DNA from: Carcharhinus amblyrhynchos
Taxonomy: Eukaryota
Assembly: GCA_965287045.1 (NCBI GenBank)
Contig: OZ336886.1
Location: 10,168,001-10,232,000, forward strand
DNA: 64,000 nt
Direction of reading: 5' to 3'
Both the position numbers and the translations under genes were made by a program. The notes beneath the pieces were generated by a model. The model did no database searches. It had not been told where the DNA came from and worked only from the letters and a program-made list of their open reading frames with translations. How positions within the stretch are numbered: position 1 is the stretch's first letter; every line of letters begins with the position of its first letter. Shown in pieces: positions 1-10,996 of this stretch.

Positions 1-325
1 CCTAGTGGTATTATCGTTAGACTATTAATCCAGAAACTCAGCTCATGCACTGGGGACCCAGGTTCGAATTCTGCCACGGTACTTGGGATTTGAATTTAGT
101 AAAATCTATGTGGAATTAAGAATCTATTGATGACCATGAAACCCTTGTCAATTGTTGAAAAAACCCATTTGGTTCAGTTTTTTGGGGAAGGGAATCTTAC
201 TTGGTCTGGCTTAGGTGTGACTCCAGAGCCACAGCAACTTGCTTGACTCTCAACTGCCCTCCGAACAAGCTATGGACAATAAATCCTGGCCGGCATCCAT
301 GTCCCATGAATTAATTTTTAAAAAA
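1..325 (+). mobile_element. tRNA-headed SINE sharing its 3' tail with the local L2/CR1-group LINE (5' end cut by the window edge)
   Basis: A-box-like ctagtggt and B-box ggttcgaattc. Body is homologous to 48810-49150 and 63662-63997. Confidence 0.8.
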
Positions 326-539
326 TGAGTCCCATGAATCAATCATGATCTGGTTGAATGGCAGAGCAGACTAGATTGCCCGAATGGTGTACTTCTGAAC
401 CCACGTCTTATGGTCTAACAGCTTCCTAACTAGCCAAGAATCATTTCTGAACTTGACCAACTTGCATATTCCAACTTGCTTCGGAACCCTGATGATGTAT
501 ATCTATATTTAATCCAGCCACTACCTATGAGACACAAAT

Positions 540-990
540 CAGGAATATGAGTGCAATTCTAACCCTCAAGAATCTTGACTCCATGGATAAAGCAATCTGT
601 TTGATTGGCACCGCGTTCACAACCTTGAATATTCGCTCCCTCTAACCTCAGCATTTTATGGCTGCAGTGCGTAACACCTACAAGATGTACTGCCAGAACT
701 TGGCAAAGCTTCTTTAACAGCAGCTTTCAAATCCTCGACCTCCACCACTTGGAAGGACAAGGGCAGCAGGTGCATGAGAACACCACCAACTGCAAACTAC
801 TCTAAGTCACACACCGGCCAGATTTGGAAATAAATCACTGTTCCTTCATCATTGCTGTGTTAAAATCCTGGAATTTCCTACTGAACAAAACTGTAGTGTA
901 ACTACACCAGCAGAACTGCAGCAATTGAAGGTGACTGCTCATCAACAACTTCTCAAGGGGAATTAAGGATGGGCAATGAATGCTAACATT
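540..990 (+). mobile_element. Decayed 3' end of an L2/CR1-group LINE
   Basis: Homologous to 17877-18270, 20225-20720 and reverse 53900-54690. Ends in cttctcaagggggaattaaggatgggcaatgaatgc, the tail shared with the SINE. Confidence 0.7.
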
Positions 991-1044
991 TGCACGGAGA
1001 TCCTAGGATTTATGTTTAAAAAGTTCCTCTACCTAGTACCTGTT

Positions 1045-1410
1045 CCTTTTTTTAGTTCATTTCTCATAGCCTCCCATCCATTGACTCTGTCTACATTTCC
1101 CGCTGCCTCAGCAAAGCAGCCAGCGTAATTAAGGACCCCACACACCCCAGACATTCTCTCTTCCACCTTCTTCCATTGGGAAAAAGATACAAAAATCTGA
1201 GGTCCCGTACCAACCGACTCAAGAACAGCGTCTTCCCTGCTGCCATCAAACTTTTGAATGCGTCTAACTCGCACTAAGTTGATCTTTCTCTACACCTTTT
1301 TCCACTCTCTCCTTTCCTTCTTTATGAACAGTAGGCTTTGTTTGTATGGCATGCAAGAAACATTATTTTTCACTGTTCGCTAATATGTATGACAATAATA
1401 AATCAAATCA
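1045..1410 (+). mobile_element. Rex1/Babar-type LINE 3' end
   Basis: Encodes IKDPTHPRHSLFHLLPLGKRYKNLRSRTNRLKNSVFPAAIKLLN, a Rex1-type C-terminus, followed by a tgacaataataaatcaaatca tail. Confidence 0.8.
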
Positions 1411-1479
1411 TGTCAAACAGCCACTTGAATTGCAATTTGTATTGTGGTAATAGTAGTAAAAGAGCGAAGTCATTGTTTG

Positions 1480-1830
1480 TGGGTGGTGACATACTGGTAA
1501 TGGGCTCTGGGCTAGTAATTCCAGAGGCTTTGACTAATACTCCAGAAACCCGGGTTCAAATCCAGTCATGCCACCTGGAGAAATTTAAATTTAATTAACT
1601 CTGGAATAAAAGAAATAATAATCATAAAACTGCTGGTTATAACAATGTCATTCAGGTGGGGAAATCTGTCATCCTTGCCTGGTCTGGCCTGACTCCAGCC
1701 CCTGCCCTCTGAAGTGACCTAGCAAGCCATCTAGTTGTAGGTAACTTGCCTGCAACTGTTCAGGGGCAATTGGGGATGGGTAATTAATGCTGGCCTGGCA
1801 AGTTGCACTAACTTCCCAACAACATTTTTT
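1480..1830 (+). mobile_element. Decayed copy of the tRNA-headed SINE
   Basis: gggttcaaatcc B-box and ggaaatctgtcatccttgcctggtctggcct core; same tail as 1-325. Confidence 0.7.
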
Positions 1831-1876
1831 AAAAAATCATTTAGGATGGAGAGAGAGAAGGGGAAGGAAAGATATG

Positions 1877-2012
1877 GGGCGTGATCTTACCTGCAGTTCA
1901 TACCACTCGCCCACTGCAGTGAATCTGGAGAATTTGGCAGCCAGTCAAATCTCTGTTCACTGCGGTGGGATAGGAAGCATTCACCAGCATTGAATGGTGG
2001 TAGGATTCTGAC
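1877..2012. mobile_element. Short MITE-like element
   Basis: Homologous to 28299-28434 and related to 34397-34573; imperfect inverted ends. Confidence 0.55.
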
Positions 2013-3243
2013 CATGATTGGTTCTGGGATCATGTTATACATGGCAGAAATGGCAAATGATAATCCATTGGTTGTGATAGCTGGTGGGATGGAAGATGTG
2101 GACAAAGAGGCCATCACATTGGGAAGGGGGAGAAAGAATAAAAAGAGAGGTCTCCAACTGTATTAGGGGTGGTGAAAAGTTATTTTGCGTTGCAGACAAA
2201 AAAACTTTGGTGAAGAAGAAATCAGGATATTTGGGAAAACTGTTGACAAAGTTCAGGTTGTGGAGATGATATGGCAGAAATTAAGAAGCTGTTAGAGAGA
2301 GTGCTTTCAAGGCAAGTGATAGGAAGAATCATAATCAAAGTTAGTCCATCTTTGTCATCTCATTAAATTTCAGCTAAACAAGATGTCGATGTTTTTAGAA
2401 TCAAATCTCATTGACTGTAAAGTTGGAAATATTGTATTTTTTTTAATTGCTTAAAACAGCTAGATCGGTATTATTGTTGTATAATGGTTTAAATGGAATG
2501 CAAGCAGAAAAAGAATCAGCTTGAGAATGACTTGCAATGCAAGCATACACATTCATTAATTAAGTAATGCTGCAGCTACCTGAACCAGTGTATTTAATTA
2601 ACTTTTAGACAGCTGCTGTTTCAATGCAAGACCGATCAACAAATCCAACTCACTGTTTCAGCTCATCAGTCATACTCTTTTACAGCTCGTGGTCAAATTA
2701 GTTAGTAATCTTGGCCAATCAATAATGATTTTCCCATTTCCTCTTCACTAATCTCTAACCAACGTAGTCTTTTGCTTTTGCCTCTTTTTATATGCATTGT
2801 TTAATGAAATTATCCAGGATTAATTATTTTTTAAATGTATACCAGCATCCCGTTCAATTTATGTGACTCGATAGATATTTTGCCACATGGGTTAACATTA
2901 AATTATATTCTAAGATGCTTAAGTGTTTTCTGTCATGTACTTGTAACATTCCATTACACAAAATACATTGTTGTGATGGTGCTTGTATTTGATAGAAATC
3001 TGTAGACATGTTGTGCATTTCAATCAAAAACACATTTGTTTATGAAGTTAATTTGGACCCACTGTAATTGAAAATTGGCTTGAATTCACTCATTAAAGTG
3101 TTAGCTCCAATCTAGTTTTAACTCGGTGCATTAAAGAAGTTTGACATCCGATAGATATAATGCTATCTTGACAAGACAACTTGTTATTTTAGAGTGGTAA
3201 GCTGGTTCTCAGCTCTACCGTGTAATTCAAGGGAGCTTGCACT

Positions 3244-3872
3244 TAAGAACATAAGAAATAGGAGCAGGAGTAGGCCATCTAGCCCTTCGAGCCTGCCCCG
3301 CCATTCAATAAGATCATGGCTGATCTGTTGTGGCTCAGTTCCACTTTCCCGCCCTCTCCCCATAACCCTTAATCCCCTCTCTTATCAAGAACCCATCAAC
3401 CCGCTTCTTAAAAATATTTAGCGAGGCAGCCTCCACCACTTCAACGGGCAGAGAATTCCAGAGATTCACCACCCTTTGAGTGAAGAAGTTCCTCCTCAAC
3501 TCCATTCTAAACCGCCTCCCCTTTATCTTGAGGCTGTGCCCCCTAGTCCTACTGTCTTTTTTGAGCGGGAAGAGTCTCTCCACCTCTATCCTATCCATCC
3601 CATTCATCATCTTATACGTCTCAATGAGATCTCCCCTCATTCTTCTAAACTCTAACGAGTACAAGCCTAGTTTATTCAGCCTCTCCTCATAGCTCAATCC
3701 CCTCAACTCCGGTATCAGCCTAGTAAACCTCCTCTGCACTCCCTCCAGGGCCAAAATATCCTTGCGCAGGTGCGGCGCCCAAAACTGCACACAGTACTCC
3801 AGCTGCGGCCTCACCAATGCCCTATACAGCTGCAGCAAGACCTCCCTACTTTTATATTCAATCCCCCTCGCT
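3244..3872 (-). mobile_element. Young 5'-truncated CR1 LINE (ORF2 C-terminus and 3' UTR)
   Basis: Open frame LYRALVRPQLEYCVQFWAPHL...RRNFFTQRVVNLWNSLP; (ttcttatg) tail; nearly identical to 29009-29711. Confidence 0.95.
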
Positions 3873-3874
3873 TC

Positions 3875-4140
3875 TCGGTGCTTGTCCTCTGATGTGGATG
3901 TAAAAGATTTCATGACCCCATTTGGAGAAGGAAAGAGGAATTCTCTTCAGTGCCATGTCCAATAACTGTCCCAGTACCAACATTGTTGAACGAATGATTT
4001 TGTTATTGTTTATGGGAGCTTCCTGCATGCAAATTGAATGTTAAATGTTACACGAATAATTGGTTTGGAGGTATTTGAGTGAGTGGCTGCTTTTAGGTGT
4101 GCTGAGATCATGAAAGACACTTCATAAAACAAACTTGTCA
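3875..4140 (+). mobile_element. Decayed Deu-domain SINE (SacSINE1-like), 3' part; 5' part probably at about 3190-3243, split by the CR1
   Basis: gtggatgtaaaagatttcatg...gggagcttcctgcatgcaaattg...atgaaagacacttcataaa resembles the recalled DeuSINE core and tail. Confidence 0.65.
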
Positions 4141-5583
4141 TTTTAATAGTGGTGCTTAAAATTTTAGGATATAGTACATGAGCAATTGAGACATGGTCCT
4201 GCAACCAGCGTTGCATGCCTGTAAGGGAAAATAGTGATCTGGATGGAGAAATCCAGGCTCCATTTCAAAGAGACCCTGGGCAGGAGTGGTGGGGGGTGGG
4301 GAGGAAACGGGGGTCAGGTCATGAATTACAGAGATCAGAAACTCAAATTCAGCAAGGCCCTTTGATTTGACTCCTGAGTACAAAGACACCCAATTTTCAT
4401 TGCTCTAACAGCCTTAGCCCACAGTGTGCAAACCACAATTTTATGGAGGAGTGTCAATGCTTGTGAAGGATGGAGTTAGGTCAATTTAAGTATAATGATC
4501 CAAAGTTATTTATTCCCAAGCACTTAAAAATTAAAAGAAAACAGTTTGCAGCTTTCATTAAGTGAAAAAGAAAGACCCTGCTGCTAGACGACAGTGAATG
4601 GCAGGCCATCCGGTGTAGCTTACAATAAACTATTAGGTACCTGTTTTTGCAATTTCCATAAATGCTACTGTTTACATTTTCCAAGATTTGTTATTATTGC
4701 TAAGTTTGTTATGAATGTTTGGCTTAGTTTCAATATATCCAAAATGACTTATCTCAGCATGGAACTGCATAGACACTTAGATTTGCACTTTTAAATAATT
4801 TATTGAAAGATTAGCTATCTTCAGTGTGGTTAGTGAGATAGATGTTTGTTATTATGACAGATTAATCACTTGAGGGAATTTACATTTTACATCAGTTTTA
4901 TGAATGAGAGATTTTTCAGTATCAAGTATATGTGAATATTAGTATTAATATCTGCACGAACAGATACTAATAGTTTATTGTAAGCTGTACCGGATGGCCT
5001 GCCATTCGCTGTACTCTAGCAGCAGGGTCTTTTTTTTTCACTTAATGAAAGCTACAAACTGTTTTTTCTTTTAATTTTTAAGTGCTTGGGAATAAGTAAC
5101 TTTGGATCGTTATACTTAAATAGACCTAACTCCGTCCTTCACAAGCATTTACACTCCTCCATAAAATTGTGGTTCGCACACTGTGGGCTAAGGTTGTTAG
5201 TGCAATGAAAATTGGGTGTCTTTGTACTCGGGAGTCAAATCAAATGGCTCTGCTGAATTTGAGTTTCCAACTTCTGTGATTCATGACCTGACCCTGTCCC
5301 CCATCCCCCACCTCCCCCACACAAATACCTGCCCAGGACCTGTTTGAAATGGAGCCTGGATTTCTCCATCCAGATCACTATTTTTCCTTACAGGCATGCA
5401 ACACTTGTTGCAGGACCAAGTCTCAATTGCTCATGTACTGTATCCTAAAATTTTAAGCACCACTATTAAAATGACAAGCTTGTTTTATGAGGTGCCTTTC
5501 ATGATCTCAGCACACTTAAAAGCAGCCACTCACTCAAATACCTGCAAAACCAATTGTTCGTATAACATCCAACATCCAAATTG
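4030..5583. repeat. Long inverted repeat: arms about 4030-4650 and 4953-5583, spacer about 300 bp
   Basis: Arms are reverse complements along their length. The same peptide (QDxVSIAHVLYPKILSTTIKMTSLFYEV) appears in ORF 4010..4216(-) and ORF 5396..5635(+). Confidence 0.97.
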
Positions 5584-7655
5584 TATTGTCAGAAGCTCTT
5601 TTATTAATCACTTCTACATAGCTCCTGAGATCTGACGATAGTGAATTCTGGGTGAGTGGTTCAGGAAGGTACATGAAGTGTGCATGGAGGGAGCATAGGG
5701 GTATTAGGGTGGATGGGGATATGCCAGGGCATGTAAGTGGCATGGGGAATATAAGGATTTCTGGGCACCAAGAGCATGGAGATGGCATGTAGGCATGGAG
5801 ATGGAATAGAGTGAAGGGCCATTGAAGTGGCATGGAGAAAATGAAGGGACATAGGGATGGGAGTGGCATCTTGGTGAGGGTTTTGAGGGCTTGATATTTA
5901 TCATTAAACTGGACTAATGTCCCAGTAAATGGCACTGGATTTTCTAACCTGCTAACATGGCCATCAATCCACCTTTGTTGCCATGTTGGGTCTGTCTATG
6001 GTGGTGATGGATCCAAATCCATCTCACTTTGCGTCCCTGACATGAAAAACGTAGCAGGTGGGGCCCTTTTAAAGAAGATGAGTTTGCTGGGTTGGGAAGT
6101 TCCCAACTTGATGAAGAATATGCAAGTAAAAAAATCCATTTTCAGCTGACCAAGAGAGCCCACTCTTCAGAGGGGAAGTTTGTTTCCTTGTATTACAATA
6201 GCTGCACTGAAGATAGTATCAACATTCAGAATAAATTATCAAGACTTGAACAAACAGTGATGTTACCTGCCTACTTTTCTGTAAATGGACAGTGTTATAA
6301 TGGGTATAAGTCAAGGATTGGTCCAACCATGTATCGTGTTTTGAATGATAGAAAAAGGTATAAAAGGGGAATACGAACAGAGAGAAAGTGTGGAAAACAT
6401 CAGGAAGAGAGACACTTAGGATTGAGCCATTGGAGGCTAGAGAATGCAAGAGAGGATCAGAACACAAGAGCCAGAGGTACAAGTCACTTTGTCATTGAAA
6501 CTTCTGCCCAGGACATAATGGGGTTATTATACATTTTCATTCTCTCTTGTATGTTGAGAACTATTGTTAAAATGCTGTATTGCATCCAAGTCACACATGC
6601 ACTAAATAAAGTTTAATTGCTGCCATCAAGACAGGTCAACATCAAATCATTTGGCTACCAACATTTATCAAAACGTAAGCAAGTAATGCAATCAAACATG
6701 CCTCTCAGAATTTTCCAGCAAAGTGACTAATTGCAAGTGCCTCTTTAAATCAAACTGAAACTGGCTGTTTCAGGCCTGCCTCGCTCATGATTGGTGCTGT
6801 TGGTTAGTTGCATCTTCCTCTCAACATCCACATGCTGTCATAATGCCAGATGATATTAGGAGCTCACCCACTTCATTGCACCCTGATTTGTACATTCTAA
6901 TAAGATTTTGTTCTGTTTGCAGCTTTGATCAAATCGAAAACAGCTTGCTACTGTTCTTGCTACTGCCCACATTCTTATTTAAAACAAAGAAGTAGAAAGA
7001 CCAAAATTGGAACTTTGGTATTTGTTAAGTTCCATCTAAACATAATTTTATTTTTTAACCATCTATCGTCCAAGTAAAAGTTGCATTTGTCACAGGAATA
7101 TCTATAAGATCCATTTTGCTTCCATCCCATCAAACTTTCCTGGGAAAGTACAATGGGGTGGGTGGGGGAAGTGGTGGTGGCAGGGGCAGGCAGGTCTTCT
7201 GCCTGTCCACCCTACCCTGATCAGCTGCTTCATGGAGTACTGCCTGCATTTGGACCCTTCTTAGCAACTTGTCAGCTGCCCTGCCCTTAGAAAAGAGTTT
7301 CATCCCCACAACTTAAGACAAGGTTTGGGACATCTTAGCCTTCAGGCAAGGGAGTATCCTGCTCCGCTGCACTTCCTTTGCTTGGAACTTCTGGACCAAT
7401 TGTGCTGTCCTTAATTTTTAAACTCCTGAGCATTGGGGCTGGATTTTTGTCTTCGGTTCTGGGACTGCAAGTCTGCCCTTCTGTTATATTGGAATACTGT
7501 CTCACATAAGGCATGAGAGTTTCAGAATGAAAGGGTGAACATCAGGAATGGTGCTGCAGGGCTGGGACCACCATTAAAAATTACACAGGAGATCATTAGA
7601 GCATAATAGATATAGTAAGTGGCTTTCATCAAAAGTAATTTTTAAAATACTATTT

Positions 7656-7945
7656 CATGGAATCCCTACATTGCAGAAGGAGGCCATTTGGCCCATCAAG
7701 TCTGTGAAGACCACAATCCCACCCATGTTCTACCCCTGAAACCCTTCATATTTATCCTGCCAGTTCCCCTAACACGAAGGGCAATTTAGCATGGCCAATG
7801 AACCTAAGCTGTACATCTTTGGAGCCGGAGGAAACCCACGCAGACACAGTGAGAATGTGCACACGCCACACAGAGAGTGAACCAAGGCTGAAATTGAACC
7901 TGGACGCCTGGCACTGTGTGGCAGCAGTGCTAACTGCTGTGCCAC
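7656..7945 (-). mobile_element. HE1-type tRNA/V-SINE
   Basis: Reverse of ggcacagcagttagcactgctgcc...gtctgcgtgggtttcctcc...gccatgctaaattgccc with a CR1-like tail. Confidence 0.9.
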
Positions 7946-8069
7946 ATTTTCCACATTGCTCCAGGCTTCATCTCTTGCTAGATGGGTGAGGCAATCTAAG
8001 GTGAAGGCTTTATAGTGGTCTGTTACTACAAATTATTCTATGGAACTGGACAAAGAAAGAATGAATTTG

Positions 8070-8320
8070 TGGTGATATGTACCTTTGACACCTACAGAGA
8101 TTCCAAAGTGCTTCACAACCAACTAATTTACCTTCTTGAAGAACAGTCACTGTTATCATTCAAGCAAATGCAGCAGCTAGTTTGTATCTAGTAATGCCTT
8201 ACAGATAGAAAATTAATAACCAGGTAATGTGTTTATATTTTCTTTGCACTGGGGCTTTGGTGGTAAGGGGCACCAGGAGAACTCTGCTCTCCTTTGAATA
8301 TTACTGTGGAATATTTTATG
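8070..8320 (-). mobile_element. Decayed Deu-domain SINE
   Basis: ccaaagtgcttcacaaccaa...gtcactgtt...caccaggagaactctgctctcctttgaata is the reverse of the DeuSINE tail and core. Confidence 0.65.
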
Positions 8321-8929
8321 TTGGACTCTGGTAATATGATACTTCCTGTTGTGTTGTTTTGCTTTTCTTCTCCTCCCCTCATCCAAAGAGAAATATGCCA
8401 CGGTCATGTAACACTCTAATTAGAAGGTTGTTCAAGGCTGATTGCACGCATTCAACGGGAGTAGCTGAAATTGAATAATTGTTGAAACTGAGATCCAGTG
8501 CTGTGGCTACTGGGACACCTGTTAGAGAATTTTATCATTCTAAATGAATATTTTGTAATGAATGCATTCCAAACCTCCGTCACAACAGGAAAGTCCTCCA
8601 CGGAGAACAAGTACAGAAATAGAAATGGTAATAGTTGGTGTGAACTGAATGCAAAATATAGGAACCATTACAGAGACTATGCTTTCTGCATTTACAAACA
8701 GTTTTTTTTACAATATTTAGGAATAGGAATGTTTGTGTTAACAACATTATTGTTGCAAGGTTGACTGATACTTTTGAAATTCACGTGGAGATCTTTCACA
8801 ATTGCCACAAAAATCTATTTTGTGCTTTATATTTAAAACATCTCTGAGTAAAATTGATCAAAATGTAGCCCATAAGAAACAGCATCAGCAATGCCAGTAA
8901 AGTCAAATTCTATTTCTGCTATTTTAGAA

Positions 8930-9042
8930 GCTTGAATGTGTTGTCCAGGCTGACACTTCAGTGCATTACTGAGGGAATGCTGCACTGTTTGAGATGGCAT
9001 ATTTTGGAAGAGATGTTAAACCGTGGTTTCATTTGCCCTGCT
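8930..9042 (+). mobile_element. Deu-domain SINE 5' fragment
   Basis: ccaggctgacacttcagtgcattactgagggaatgctgcactgt...gagatgttaaaccg. Confidence 0.65.
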
Positions 9043-9119
9043 AAATAGGGAATCACCATAGACCAACTAGTGCAGGAATTTGGGTAAACAGGACTTGGTG
9101 TGAGTTTTGCTAAAGGAAT

Positions 9120-9945
9120 GAGACTTTTCTTGTCTTGCACTCACCAGGACAATTCACGTGAATATCAAAGGCAAAGGGAAGAATAATTCATACATATGAG
9201 AAGAGTATGTTGATTGGCAAGTGGACTCTGATTGATCGAGGCATAGAAACCAGAAGCAGAAGTAGGCCATTTAGCCCTTTGAGCCTGCTTCACCATTCAT
9301 TATGATTATGGCTCATCATCAAATTCAATATCCTGATCCCCCCCCTTCCCCCATTTTCCTTGATTTTTTTTTAGTCTGAAGTGCTATAACTAATTTCTTC
9401 ATGAAATCACACAACATTTTGGCTTCAATTACACTCTGTGGTTGTGAATTTCACACATTCATTATTCTCTGGGTGAAGAAATTTCTTCACATCCCAGTTC
9501 GGAACGGTTTACCCGTTATCCTCAAACTATGACTCCTAGTTCTGGACTCTCCCTACCATCAGGAACATTCTTTCCGAATGTGCCCTGTCTAATCCCGTTC
9601 AAATTTCTTTGAGATCCTCTCACTCTTCTGAACTCCAGTGAATATAATCCTAACCAACTTTGTCCTTCCCCATATAACAGAGACCTGCCATCCCAGCAAT
9701 CAGCCTGGTGAACCTCCACTGTACTCCCTCTATAGCAAGGGCAACCCTTCCTCAGATAAGGACCTCAAAACTGCACACAGTACTCCAGGTGTGGCCTCAC
9801 CAACGTCCAGTTGAGAGTGATGGTGGATTCTCCATGGCAACACCAACCAACTCGCACTCTCTTCTCCGGCAGTATCAACTGTTGTTCATTTTACATTTGA
9901 TATTCATGTGAATTGTCCTGAGTGCAAGTTGAAATGTTTTGTCAG
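9120..9945. mobile_element. Palindromic (foldback) element split by a CR1 insertion
   Basis: cttgcactcaccaggacaattcacgtgaatatcaaa (about 9134) is the reverse complement of tttgatattcatgtgaattgtcctgagtgcaag (about 9896-9928). Confidence 0.7.
9242..9803 (-). mobile_element. CR1 LINE 3' fragment
   Basis: Reverse frame includes LGLYSLEFRRVRG; CR1-type 3' UTR. Confidence 0.9.
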
Positions 9946-10422
9946 AAGAATGTCTGTATTTGAGTAATATTTGGTGTGAGCAAGGATACCAGCAGCAGAA
10001 TTTGGATGAGTTCAACTTATGATTATCTAAATCATTTTGGTATAATTGGTTAAATTATGTAGTAGAATAAGCTCCAGGATTACTTCTAGTTAAACGAAGT
10101 AATTTTTTAAAATAATTAACGGATGTTGAATGGCTGAAAATACTACCCACCCCCAACCCCCCAAATTTGCTATGGGGTGAACTGCAGCTCAATTATACTG
10201 TCATCAAATGTCCATTAATCTGTAGGACATTGTCACCATCATTAGTTTTAAAAGCCTGTAAAACGTTCTAAACTCAGCTGCCAGCTGGTACACAAAATTA
10301 CTTCTGCCACAGATTTGAGGCATTTTAACACTTCAGCAAACTGCATTCTGTTAAGTCTAATTTACTGACCAGTCAGTCCCTAGGCATCGCTAATAAGATA
10401 TGATTTTCTGTTTCTCGACTAG

Positions 10423-10629
10423 GCAGAACAAGACAACAGACACCCACTGCCAGCTTTTGCCAATTTGCACATAGAGGTTCTAGATGAAAACAACCAAGCC
10501 CCCTACTTCGAGCAAGCTACCTACCAGGGCTTCATCATTGAGTCTGCTCCAGTGGGGACAACCCTTTCGGACAGTCGGAATTTAACTGCACCTTTAAGAA
10601 TTGTGGCCCTGGACAAGGATGTGGAGGAG
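10423..10629 (+). CDS. PCDH15: PCDH15 coding exon, 207 bp (equivalent to human exon 11; end of EC3 and start of EC4)
   Basis: Acceptor ttttctgtttctcgactAG, donor GTAAGT. Translates [69 protein letters not shown], matching recalled PCDH15 [29 protein letters not shown]...[11 protein letters not shown]. Phase 0/0. Confidence 0.97.
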
Positions 10630-10787
10630 GTAAGTGCTGCTTATGGTTCTGAGTGCCCATCCCATAATTAGGACTTTAGACAAAAAGGACAACTAATTTG
10701 TGAAAGAAATGCAAATTGCCAACCAAATCAGCAGCATAAACCTGCTTCAGTTTCATTGTAAAATGTCTATGACATTTGAAAGTCTTG

Positions 10788-10839
10788 TTAGCCTCTGGCC
10801 CCTGTGCAAGGATGACACGCAAGTTGGTGAAGTGTTCCA
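10788..10839 (+). pseudogene. U6 snRNA 3'-half fragment
   Basis: 10796-10839 TGGCCCCTGTGCAAGGATGACACGCAAGTTGGTGAAGTGTTCCA matches recalled vertebrate U6 nt 57-100 at 40/44, preceded by TTAGC. There is no 5' stem, ACAGAGA box or U-tail. Confidence 0.9.
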
Positions 10840-10975
10840 AGCACTGCAGAGCCTGTTCCATGTGTAGTAACACTTAGTGGTGGTTAGATGATATTGAGGA
10901 TATTTTAATCTCATCCTCATGGAATCCGTTTCCATTTGTTTGAATCTTTCTTTCTTTTTGTCTGTTTGTTTGTAG

Positions 10976-10996
10976 GTGCCATCACATGCTACGCCT
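10976..10996 (+). CDS. PCDH15: Candidate 21-nt alternative microexon (VPSHATP), equivalent to mammalian PCDH15 exon 12a (VPPSGVP)
   Basis: Long T-rich tract, then tgtAG|GTG CCA TCA CAT GCT ACG CCT|GTATGT. Seven codons, phase 0/0, between the DKDVEE and TKDP exons. Confidence 0.85.

Noticed and set aside
6092-6616. 174-aa ORF; also a possible solo LTR (tgttata...tataaaa...aataaa...aaca at about 6292-6640)
   Set aside because: TTG start, no recognisable domain and no splice context. No TSD or second copy supports an LTR.
1-10422. Preceding PCDH15 exon (expected to end ...FDLVIK)
   Set aside because: Not found by eye; it probably lies upstream of the window.
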